From: Paramecium tetraurelia
Taxonomy: Eukaryota
Direction of reading: 5' to 3'
NCBI GenBank assembly: GCA_000165425.1
Contig: CT868673.1
Coordinates: forward strand, 218,886 to 282,885
DNA: 64,000 nucleotides
Below, piece after piece: positions 1 through 11,863 of the stretch; position 1 is the first letter of the stretch, and every line of letters starts with the position of its first letter. The notes beneath the pieces were generated by a model. The model did not search any database. It was not told the DNA's origin and was given only the letters and a program-made list of their open reading frames with translations. The position numbers and the translations under genes are program-made.

Positions 1-674
1 TACCGATAGAGGTTGCCTCAATCAAACAAAATGATAATGCCATGGACATCTACTTGGAACAACTCAGTAGGAGTAAGTATAGTAATTAAAAAACGATCAA
101 ATTTAATGTAATCACAGAATTTCATCATGCTGGATTTGCAGCCAAGAAATCCAACTAACTTGATGTAGTTGTAAACAATGCTATTGGCAAGAAGAAATTC
201 AAATAGACTCAATAGAAACTTAATCCAAAAGACTTAGATTAACTCTTATTCTATGTACTAAATATTATATTATTAAAGAGTTCTTCCCCTAAATTCTAAT
301 CAACTCAGTAATAAGAGATTGAAAGGAAACCAAGCATCTACAGTGCCTAGCCAAATCATTTTGAAGAAAAACCTTAAGCCTTTCAAAAAACGAATCTAGA
401 GATCATCTAAATTCTCCATCCCTCCATTGATACTGCCATTTTTACGTAAAATAAGCCTTTTTGGGTTCCAGGGTATTTGTCTTAGTGTCGTCTTCAGAAA
501 AGTCAAATGAGCAAGAAGCAGAATACAACTAGTGAGGATGGCCCATCTAATACTCACATTTTGACTGAATTTAAGTAAAACACTACTCCGAGAATGCCTA
601 GAAATTCATCTCAACCTCATTTTAGAGTTATCTAAAAAGATAAATGGATGACCAACAAAGATTTTTAAGTTTGA
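1..674 (+). CDS. Hypothetical protein, 3' part (5' end outside window)
   Basis: Open in table 6 from base 3 (PIEVASIKQNDNAMDIYLEQ...), one 24-nt GTA..AAG intron at about 255-278, TGA at 672-674. Confidence 0.75.
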
Positions 675-695
675 ATATATTTATTATTATTTTTA

Positions 696-1643
696 ATGAG
701 TCTTACTTTATTAAATAAGAAATACCAAGCATTGATGGTTCGAGAAAAGTAGATCGAAGATCATTTTGATCCGGTTGTCAGACACAAGAAACAACATCCT
801 AATATTGAGGATCTTCGTTAAGATTATTAAGAAGACTTAGAGAACTATGGTATTTTCACATCCCCATATTCTTTAAGGATTTTCTAAATAATCATTCAAA
901 GCCAAAAAAGAATCAGAACTAGAAAACATATAAATAACTCCTGAAAAATCACTTAGACCAATGACTGCTCTAATCTCACCTGTTCAGAGCTCATCACAAA
1001 GATAAAGACCCATCACAGCCCCTGGTCTCAATACATAAACCAAATAAATGATGAAGATTGACGAAAATGAAGAAATGCTTTAATTGCCATATCATTCGGA
1101 GACTAAATATTGGAGGAACACAAAAAAATACGATAAAAGTTTCATATTATTTATTATTGATTAGCCAATTAGAATGTTGTTAGGAATCATTCAGCCTTGA
1201 AAAAAGTATCATTGGGAGGCGACTGTGAAAATTATAATATTGAAGAATAAGAGATCAAAAATCGCAATTTGATTGAAAAATAAATTATTAAAAATCGCTT
1301 GCTCTCACCAACTTTTGTTTCACAAAGGCATTAAATTAATGATAGAGATGTCTAATAATTAACAGAAGGGTTTTATCAGCATTTAGCATTAATAAAAGGC
1401 ACTTCTCAAAATTAAAATCAGAAAAGCAAACCACAACCTGGTTTCTAATTATACGATAACCTACTCGATTTGATGAAACTTATTAATCAAGAAAACTCTA
1501 ACAAAAGCCCAATAATTACAAAAACTTCATCACAAGGATTCAGACCATAAACTGGTGTAAGTAGGCAAATCAAAGGTTAATAACGAACTAGACCTTTCAG
1601 CAGCAAAATCCAAACAGTAGGTGTTAGAGCATTTTAATAATGA
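696..1643 (+). CDS. Hypothetical protein (S/Q/P-rich, RPxTA-like motifs)
   Basis: ATG 696 (MSLTLLNKKYQALMVREKQIEDHF...), two short GT..AG introns restore the frame, TGA 1641-1643. Confidence 0.75.
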
Positions 1644-1997
1644 AACATATTTTCTCCCAATATTTTAATTATCTTTTACTGACATCTCTATCATTAATGT
1701 GAAGTTTATTTAAACAATCTATAATAATTTATGGGTTTAACATGTTAGTATTTAATTTCACTCATTTATGTTAACTAAATATAACTTGTTTTTAGAGACT
1801 TGTTCTTTTTATATTAGATTTATCAATATTTTCATATATCTTTTTTGTGAAATTATACTTAAAAAAATTGATCATTTATAAACATTAATAATTATAGAGA
1901 TTGTAATCTTCCATGAATCATCACTTAAGATTAACTTTTTAAGTCTATTGATATTTTTCTGTAATAATAAATTATAGAAAATATTATTAAATAATAT

Positions 1998-2677
1998 ATG
2001 AATTTCTTAGATAAACGAAATAAAATAGAGATTCTGTAAGAGAGGGCTGCTCTTTATAATAAAGTGTAGGATGAACTGTACGAAAAGGAAGTCCCCGAAT
2101 TTGAACATACTAAATTAATCAAACCAGTTTTAGATTAGCATATTGAAGAGTTCGCGACATAATAACCTCCTGCTAATCTTAACAGCTTAACGAGATCATT
2201 GCCTAAACCTCCAGTTTCAGTTTTGACTACATCTGCTATGATTTCATTAGGCCTTGATAATTATGGGACAATGACTACTCAGATGCAGGATGTAAATCGT
2301 AGAAGGGAAGACGATTTTAACCATTATAAATAACTCAAAAAGGAAGGGCGATTGGAGGAACTGATGAAACCATTGAAACAATAGAGAGAAAAGGATCAAG
2401 CCACTCAAGCAATTCTATTTAAGGTTGATCACATTAAAGATTACGAGGATAAAACTCATACAGGATATGCTTAACACAAATCAGCACACAGAACATATCA
2501 TGGTATTTGATCAACACATATGGTATAGTTGTTGATGAGACAATGAAGGAGATGATCAATGAGCCAAACATCAAGAATCATTTGATGAAGAATGACTTGA
2601 ATACCTTTTTCGATTCTTATCTTAAACATAAAAATACTTTGAGAGGCGCAGTCAAATAACCAGCTCGTGCAAAATGA
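1998..2677 (+). CDS. Hypothetical protein
   Basis: ATG 1998 (MNFLDKRNKIEILQERAALY...), one 26-nt intron near 2503-2528, TGA 2675-2677. Confidence 0.8.
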
Positions 2678-2854
2678 ATTATATTAAGTTCAGATTATAT
2701 AAATGTTATTAAAGAAAATTAAAACTAAATTATAATAAATAAGAATGAGATTTGCACCTTAGAAAAATGTAATCTGATATATCATGCACATCGATAGATT
2801 CTAGAATTACAAAAGCAGTAGGTTATATAAGTTAATCGAAATAAATGATATCAA

Positions 2855-3161
2855 TCACAAAATTGTGCAAAGACAAGGAGATTCTTGAGTTGCCATATCA
2901 GTATTGTATTATTTCCAATTTTCAACTATTGAAATCAATTCATCTCATACCTATAAAAACTTCGTTCTTCTCCCTAAATTAAATTCGATGTTTTCTCTCC
3001 CCATGTTTAATTAAATTGCCATAGCTGTCTTTTCTAATATCAATATCGCCATCTGATGATGAAGGACTTACTCTCAAAATAGGAGTCATTTTTTTGGGTG
3101 ACTCACTATTAAAAACTGATTGATTTATTCCAAATTACTAATATTAATTTGATTTAGACAT
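2855..3161 (-). CDS. Small ciliate-family protein with C-terminal CaaX box (CTIL)
   Basis: MSKSNQYQQF...RKDSYGNLIKHGERKHRIQFREKNEVFIVENWKQYNTDMATQESPCLCTIL*, one 25-nt intron. Confidence 0.8.
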
Positions 3162-3186
3162 TTTTATAATAAATTATTTGATTTAT

Positions 3187-4819
3187 TCATAAATTTACTT
3201 ACTTCCATACCTTTTCAACATAGGGCTTCGATATTTCAAATAACTTCTTCAAATAGCCTTTCTTTTAAGCCAACTTGAGAGCTACTACAAAAGAAACTAA
3301 AAGAGTAGCATTAACAACATGTCTTTAGGGTAACTCAGCAAACTTGAAACTATCAGATAAGTTTATTATCAATACAATAATGACAGGGTTTGTAACTTAT
3401 GTTTGGTATAAGGAGGGTATCTAATATTAAATGGATAGATATTCAAAGTTGACTTAGCAAATACAGGTTTTGCATGACTACAACCTTTGAATCCAGTAAT
3501 TCCATGGTAAGCACCATAACCACTATTTCCAACACCTCCAAAAGGTAAATGTGGATCTATAATAAAAATGTAATTTACTCAAAAGATGGAAGACCGAATC
3601 ATTGTGTACAATAGCACCAGAAGAAGTTTATTATTCAATTAGCTTTTTATTTTTGCTGTTGCTTCCATAATAATATAAAGCCAATGGTTTGGGTCTTGCA
3701 TTGATAAATTGAATGACTTCATCAATATTCTCAAATAGGAGAATAGGAAGAATGGGGCCAAAGATTTCTTCAGTCATTAGTTTAGAATCTATTTTTGGTT
3801 ATAAAATGATGGTGGGTTCAACATATCTTTGATTTACATTCACTTAACCTCCTAGAACTACTTATCCTTAATGGTCTTTCAGGAGTTCTTATAATCTTTA
3901 TGTGTGGAACTCAGTCACTATTTTTGAATAATCATTGGAATTTTATGGGTTTTCTCCAAAGAATCTTTTAAGTTCAGTTTTCATCTCATTAATGAATGCA
4001 TCCTTAATTGTTTAATGAACAAAGACATAATCACAAGCAACACAAGTTTAACCTGCATTTGTGAATCTACCTTAAATGATTCTTTGTGCTGTAACATTCA
4101 AATTACAATCTTTATCCACTATGGTTGGTGATTTACCACCTAATTCCAATATGCAAGGCACTAGATTTTCACTGGCAGCCTTTGCAACTAGTTTGCCTTT
4201 CTCTGGACTTCCTGTAAATATAATTAAATCTAATGGAAGTGTGGTAATCTTTTTTGAGACTTCTACACCTCCTTATATCACAGCATAGCAGGATGGATCA
4301 AGATATTTTGTAACTAAATTGTACATAGCTTGAGAAGAGTGTGGAGCAATTTCTGATGGTTTAAGAATAACACAATTTCCTGCAGCAATTGCAGCAGCCA
4401 TCGGAGGTATTCCTGTGAAAAGTGGATAATTCCATGCAGCAATTACCAAAACTACTCCGAGAGGTTCATAAATTATTTTTGATGACCCAGGCCCAATTAC
4501 CTATGATAGACTATCACAATATTACAAATGGTGTATCTACATTTTCTTCTTTACTCCATTCATCAATATGAGTTAATTGATTTTCTACATCTGCCTTAGT
4601 GACGATTGTTGAAGTAATTTAACTGCTAAATAATGTCACTCCCAAATCCTTCTCTATGGCAGTATGAAATTCTTGTTCCATTTCTTCGAGACCTCTTAAC
4701 AAACTTTTGAGTTAAGCCTTTCTAAACTTAAGACACTTTGTTTTGTGAGTATTGAAGGTTTCTTTAAGTTTTAGGAAGGTAGGTTGAATTATATCTGTGT
4801 TATCCTGTATTTATGCCAT
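3187..4819 (-). CDS. Aldehyde dehydrogenase, family 3 (fatty aldehyde dehydrogenase-like) with C-terminal hydrophobic anchor
   Basis: [50 protein letters not shown] (catalytic Cys), [24 protein letters not shown]; short introns. Confidence 0.95.
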
Positions 4820-4835
4820 CAAAATAATTAATTTA

Positions 4836-6497
4836 ATGTTAAACCAAGTTGACGACCAGAGTTTTAAGAAGATGATTGACTAAACAAGTCCTTAATCGAC
4901 TACCACTCAAAAACTGTGTTTAAGATTAGGATATGATCCAAATGATCTCATTTATAAGTCTATTTCAACTCTATATATTAGATCCATTGAGTAGTTTCCA
5001 TCAGTTTCACCAGAAGTTCAAATGATGAGATACAATCATTATAAGAATAGAGTAATGAGTAAAATCACCCAAAATAAAAATAGGAATCATCAATGAGATA
5101 TAAACGAATAAACAAAGGCACAAATTAGGAGATCAATCACTTAAGTAAATAACCTTCAATCAATAGGAAAATAAGTATTAATTCTGAATGATTTTAGTAT
5201 CTCGAATATCAGCGAAGAAAGTGTTGTTATTTAAGAAAAAAAGGAGAAAAAAGGTTTATCTAGAGAAAAAATATTGCAAAATCTGATTTACTAATAGTTA
5301 TAGGAGGAAAAGAAGAATGTTGAGTATCTTTAAAAACAAAATTAAAAGTTACAGAACCACCAGAATATATAATTAAGAAAAAGTGAAACTAGTTTCTCCA
5401 AACTGAGGGTAAGAGATGGCAATAAAAACAAATCTACCGAACAGACAGATGAATTCGAATAAAGAAATCTATACCTAATTACTTGTATTGAAAATGAATC
5501 CAGAATTTAAGAATAATTGCAAGGAAGATTCCTAAAAAAGCATTTCAAGCATGATAACTACACCGAAAGAGCTCATGAGAAAAGAAAACAATAGGAGAAT
5601 TAGTTTCAATAAACCATTACTGAAAGATTGAACAAATTGCAATTAAAAGGTATTTGTGATTTAATCAAGAAACCTAGGCTTAAACAAAGGTGGAGTTATA
5701 CAAAAAAGACATGAAAAATTACTTTGCTCAGAAAAACAGTTAGATTATTTTCAAATAAGAAAAGAAATCTCAAATCATGTAATTTGAGTAATAGCAATAC
5801 ATTAAACAACAATGTGAAAAAATGAAGAAATTCCAAGAAAATAAGTCTTAATTGATTCTTGATGAAAAGAAGAAAATCAATGAGAGAAAAGAAAAGTATA
5901 TCAAAATGCTCAGGAAATGTAAAGAAAGCAACTATGAACAATAAAATGTATAAATATTGTTTAAATAAGAAACATTAAGAAGGGTTCAGCAACACCTACT
6001 AATAATTATTAAAGAAATAAGAGCAGGTAATATCAAATAAGGAGAAATTGCTAGAACAGAAATCCTTAATACTCAAAGATAAATTATAATTGAATTTGGA
6101 GGATGTTGAATTCAATAGAGCTCATGCTCAAAGGATCAAACTAAATACATAGATTAAATAAAATAACAATAAGGATGCAAAGTCACAATAATCCAGCCTA
6201 ACTTCTGATACATGGAAACTGAAGTCTTAATTGACACAAAAGGAATCAGAAAATTCATTATGGGAAAAGGCAAAGCAGGCAGCTTCTTTGTTTAAAGATC
6301 CAATATATTATGAATAATATGTTGAACAATAACAATTGGTTTTGCTTAAAAAGAAAAAGTCTTTGGATTAAAAGTTTGCATCCGCTGCTTCAATAATCAA
6401 GGAAATATTGCCTAAGCATGAAGCTGAGAACTTACTTATGCCATCAGAATTGAAAAATTTTCTTGAATAATAAAGTCGTATTAAAACTTAAAAGTGA
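4836..6497 (+). CDS. Coiled-coil protein (weak resemblance to CCDC177/DUF4659-type N-terminus)
   Basis: ATG 4836, LCLRLGYDPNDL...RYNHY, long K/Q/E helical region, three short introns, TGA 6495-6497. Confidence 0.7.
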
Positions 6498-6620
6498 GGA
6501 ATAATGTCATTTATTTATTTAAACCTTATTAAATTTGACTTCTTCTTAATTTTAACTTGGTCTATAGGAATAGCAAAGAAGTAAATTAAGCCTTTATTTT
6601 ATAATATAAGAATAAATTTA

Positions 6621-7107
6621 TCATGAATGGTTTTAAATAAAATTATATAGGTTTTAGTAATCATTTGGTGATAGTAGTGTCATATCTGAACTTAGGCAAT
6701 TCTTTAGTACCTTATGATGTTGTTTCTCTCAAGATTGGCTGTTTCAAAATAGATAAGAGAGTTCCTTTCTTTTTTAAAACTAAAGCAAAGGACTTGCATT
6801 CTATTTCTTAAAGTAATTATTCTGTCTTGAACTTTGTTTTCAAAGGATTCCCTTATTGGTCTGCAGAGAATACTTCGTATATCTCGGCATTTTCATTTAT
6901 ATCTTAATCATAGTATATTTGAGTAAAATAATCAATAGCTGTTTCTATGGCTTCCATCATTAGAGAATCAGGAGTAATTTCTATTTATACTTGTAATGTT
7001 TTCTAAGCAACTTTCAAACTGAAGTTATATTGGCATAACTGCATTTCAGTAGTATAAGCCGATTCTGCAAGAGTTGATGAGGTTGTCTTCACATTTTATT
7101 TAGACAT
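6621..7107 (-). CDS. Hypothetical protein
   Basis: MSKQNVKTTSSTLAESAY... is open. The stop is TGA at 6680-6682 or, with a 20-nt intron, at 6621-6623. Confidence 0.65.
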
Positions 7108-7179
7108 CTTTCTATTGATATTAAATTATTTTTATTTATAATTCATTCCTATTATTCAAAATTACAAATAAAACTCAGT

Positions 7180-9022
7180 TCATTATCTAAGAACTCTCTT
7201 CTATTATGTTTCATATCTATTCTAGAAACATCAAAACTAACTAAAAAGTTTATTTGCTGCTTCTTCTTGATCATTTAAAAGTTATTTTTGGTCTTTAGTT
7301 CAGCTAATAGCAACTGAATTTCGTTTTTAGTCTAAATTAATATCAAAAATTACGATGGCCACAACAGATTATTTTTTGGTTGATTAAGTGTTATATTATT
7401 GTATTAGAAAAGTATAAGAAAGGATTACTATAAGTTCTCCTAATAACTCATTTATTGAATCTTTTTGACATCGCTGAACTACAAATAGTGATAGATTATT
7501 ACATCTAGTCTCTTAAAAATCATTAAACATAGATAATAGAATTGAGATGCATTCCTATTTGGTCATGTCATAGTACTGAAGAATTTATCCTTACTATTAT
7601 TATTATTGAATATCAACTCTGGTTGTCTAAAAAATGTATTGTGCTTGTTCTTCAGTAGAGGATTAGTCAATTTCAAGCAATGGAAGATTAGGCTTTTAGT
7701 GAATGCCATTTTGTGGCTTTTTGTTAATTATTAGTGATGATCAGATGATTGGACTTCTTTGCAACAGATTTTGTCATCGCATTCATTGACACTTGGTTGC
7801 TGAGTTATAATTGAGGAGATTATTATGAATTGGATTATATTTTTTTTTACACCTATGACTAATGAGTTTGACTGAAATGCCTTACCATTAATTTAGAAAA
7901 ATGGAATTAAATGTTACTTTTCTTTTTCTCAATGTTCCATTAAATTCTGACTTTTCTTATAATATTGCAATTCAATTTGCTAATTCTTATTTCTTTCATC
8001 TTTAAGCTAATTGGATTTTATGAGCAATTCATTTGTATCTAAAATGGATTCGTACTTTGATATTAGTTAATTGTATAGTTTTCTAATTTGAATGTTGTCA
8101 TTCTTTTCCTTCTCAAATAATTCTTTAAATCATTTGACCATTATCTCCATCAACCTTTGATTTTTGCTTAAATATTTGAGTTATTATGGTTCTACGGAGA
8201 ATCAGTAACCTAATCCATAATTACCATACAATTCTTGATGCAAGGATTCCAATTTTCTACTATAATTTTAGACATCTCTGTTGAGTTCTAAATTGTGATC
8301 AGTCTTATCAATAAATTCATTATATACAAAATCTACTCTAAGTTTAAATGCATTTACCTTTCATACACTAATAATTAGTTTACTGTGTAAAACTGTTTCT
8401 CATTTTAAAGATTTCTCTTTTCAAATGCTAGATTAATAGATTTAGACAATGCATAATTGACTTCTCTCAGGTTATTATTGTTTTCTTTGATGGATTCAGC
8501 CTTAGCTGTTATTTTGTTAAGCAAGTTCGAACACTCTCCAATTGTTGATGTAATTTTAAATTCTATTCTGAAGGAGTGAAATTTCAACTAATTTTACTAA
8601 TTATCCCTCTCTAATTTCTGGATTGCATATTCCTTGTCATTAATACTCCTTATCAAGTCTATTCATTTATATTCTAAATCGGCTATTAAATCTTTGTAAT
8701 AGTTTTTCTGTTCATCTGATGTCTATTCCAATAGCTTCACCACCACACTTTCTAATTCAGTGTTCTGATAATTTGAATAACACATAGACATGGAACTGGA
8801 ATCAGATGTCATCTAATCATTTCAATACCATTTTACTTGAGATTTCTTATTCACTCCAACATAGCTTATTTATTCAGGTAACTTTAGATTGGATTAATTT
8901 GTATTATTATAGAATACAAGTATGAATGTAGATTTTGAAAAACATAGTGATTAGTAATAAAATTGAAAGTTTAATTTATTTTATTAAACAAAATTAAATT
9001 ATAATACAAGATCAGTATCCAT
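7180..9022 (-). CDS. Coiled-coil hypothetical protein (start uncertain, 9022 or about 8812)
   Basis: Long table-6 ORF with heptad-like E/K/Q/L pattern and short introns, TGA at 7180-7182. Confidence 0.65.
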
Positions 9023-9151
9023 CAATTAATAGATCGATTTTTGTAGTAAATTAAATTTGGTTTATGAATGTTTTTTTTTGAAATTAAAAAATCATTCTTT
9101 TCTTTTTCTTATGTAATTTATCATAATTTGGTATAAAGTAAAATATTAAAA

Positions 9152-11584
9152 ATGAAACATAACAAATAATAGAGTCACTATGTTCTGGACTTCTCAGATA
9201 TCGAAGACATCTCAGATAATGAATCAGAGAGTTCTAAACAGTCGAATCACCAATAATAAATTAATTAATCAACTCCTACTCCTAATCGAATAGAATTATA
9301 GATTCCCAATTTACAAGTGAAAAAAGAGACTGTCGAAATTCCATCCATCTTGATCCAAGAGGAGGAAGAACCCGTAATAAGAAGAAAGTAGGATATCCAA
9401 AAACAACAATGGTAGGTCAACTTTGATGAATTATCAGAACAGGATTTGGAAGAGAGTGACAAATCACAAGTTGCTATAGAGATACCGAGAGATCCTAGTC
9501 CACCAACTATAGTAGTTGAAGAACCCTAATATATTGAATAATATTTTGAAGATCAAAATGTTATTGAAGAGATAGATATGGAATAGGAGTAATTGAAATT
9601 GGAATAGAGGAAAGAATAATTGAAATAAGATTTGATAACTAGAAAGTAATAATAATAAAAAAAGATTACAAAGGTTTAAAAGGAATAATGGAGAGTGGAG
9701 GAGGTAATAGATCAATCAAAAAATAGAAATGTTGAGGATAAAACAAAGTAAAAGTATAAATAGAAATTTTATAATCCCAAAAATTCATTGATATATTTGA
9801 GATTAAAGGGTAGGGAAGATTTGTATAAAAAATAAGAGTTAATTATTGATGATTAGACCAAACCTATTGAATAAGATGAATATTTAGAAGGTCTAGAGTG
9901 CATCAATAGTTTATTAATTGGATTATCAAAAATAAAAGACAAGAAGGTTGGTGCTGTTGAAAAATAGAAAACATTACCATTATAAATCCAAAGACATCGT
10001 TTAGATTAAAAAGGTGAACATCACAAAGAATCTTAACCACAGAAGAAAGATGAAAAGGAGAAAGATTCAGAATAGTAAAAGAAAAGTTAAAAGGGAGTGC
10101 AAAAGGAAGAAAAATTAACAGAATAAGCTATGAAATAGTAATAACTACAAGAGGCACAATAAGCTAGATAGATTAGACATGAAAAGTAATAGCAAGAGAA
10201 AGAGAAGTAAAAACTATTAGAATAACGCCAAGTTTATAAAATCTTAACAAAAAAATAAATAAATTAAGGCTTAATTCTATATAGATGTCAATTAAGATAA
10301 AAGTAAAAGGACTCTATTAAATGGCTAAGATACTCGGAGATAGCTCTAATAAGCAAAGGGGAAAGTGAGATCTTCAACTTTGAAAAGAGATTATCAGATC
10401 AATTGTTTATGTAATAGCATAAGACCAATATGAGATCAGTGGTAATAACCAAATAAGCAATGTTTGATATAGTCACTATTCCTTATGTTAATGAATAAAA
10501 GGATGCTAATGAAATTTTACAAAAAGATATTTTAAAATAAGTTAATAATGAAATCGAAAACCCAAAACCTCCAATTAATTAGGATAAAAAGGGGAAGGAA
10601 AAGAAAATTATTAAAAATAAGGATAGAAAGAAGAAAGATTAAGATAATTAAATGAATGTTGATTTGGAGAAATAACAGTCGTAAAAATAGGAGAAATAAT
10701 AATAGTTATATTAAATAGAATAATAAGATATAATAGAATAACAGGACTTTTAATAAAAAGATTTAGGACATTAATAAGAGGCAAAAAGAACCAAAAATAA
10801 AGTTAGTTATTAAGAGAGAGATGAGGAAAAGAAGGATGAGGATCTTTTAGATGCTGATTCTATCTAAATATTCAAAATTACATAAGAGAGATAAAAAAGG
10901 ATAGATAAAAAGGATAGGGAGTTGAAATCTTAATAAACTAATTAATAACAGATTGAGGAGTCAAAATAAATTGAATCAAATGAACTTGATTAAAAGACTA
11001 ATAATAATAATAATTAAGAAATCAAAGATCATAAGAAACTTAAGAATCCAAAAATAAAGGAGTGTCCACTGAGTAGATTGGAAACTAATGATGAGATTAA
11101 GAAGAAACAATAAATTAATTAAAAAAGAAAAGAAAAACGAAGATAGGAATATCAGTAATATTTGAATGAAATAGAGAAAGAACATTAAAATTAACTTGCT
11201 CTCTCTAAATAAAAAAAAGCTTTGAAGGATAGTTGCAATTAAGAAACTATTAAGAATAGTAAAGTAAATGCTAATAAAAGTCATAAAAAAATTAATAATT
11301 AGGAAATTGAAAATATGGATGATTAAATTAATGTAAAGAAGACTAAACCTCCAAGAAGAATAGTAAAATTAAATATTAGAGAAAATAAATCACCATCTTC
11401 TAAATAATCTCCAATGAGGAAATCAATTGAACCTGCATATGTTTCATCTAAACGTATATATGAGAACAGAGATTAAAAGCAAAAAAGGCTTAGAGTTATT
11501 GAAGATGAGGAATCAGAATTTTGTGAACAGAATGCTAAACAAAATGAAAAAAAAGAGAAGAAAAAAAGGGTGAGATAAAAATGA
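9152..11584 (+). CDS. Low-complexity Q/E/K-rich protein
   Basis: ATG 9152 (MKHNKQQSHYVLDFSDIEDISDNES...), long frame with many TAA/TAG Gln, TGA 11582-11584. Confidence 0.75.
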
Positions 11585-11863
11585 GGATATATTTTATATA
11601 TTTATTAAGATTCTACTAGTTTTGGATGAGGACTTAAGGATAACTAAGAATCATTGGAGACGACGTTTCAAAGTAAGCTATAATAATAGTAATTTTGTAT
11701 ATGATATGATAATTGTAAAAATTTAGATTAATATTATTATTAAATTAGTGTATTGAGTTTACAATCAATAATAAATTGAAGGTTTAGGCTCTTGAATTTG
11801 TTTATCAGAAAGGTTAGATCATGTTGTTGGTCTGAATCCGTTTTTATAATTAATATATTAATA

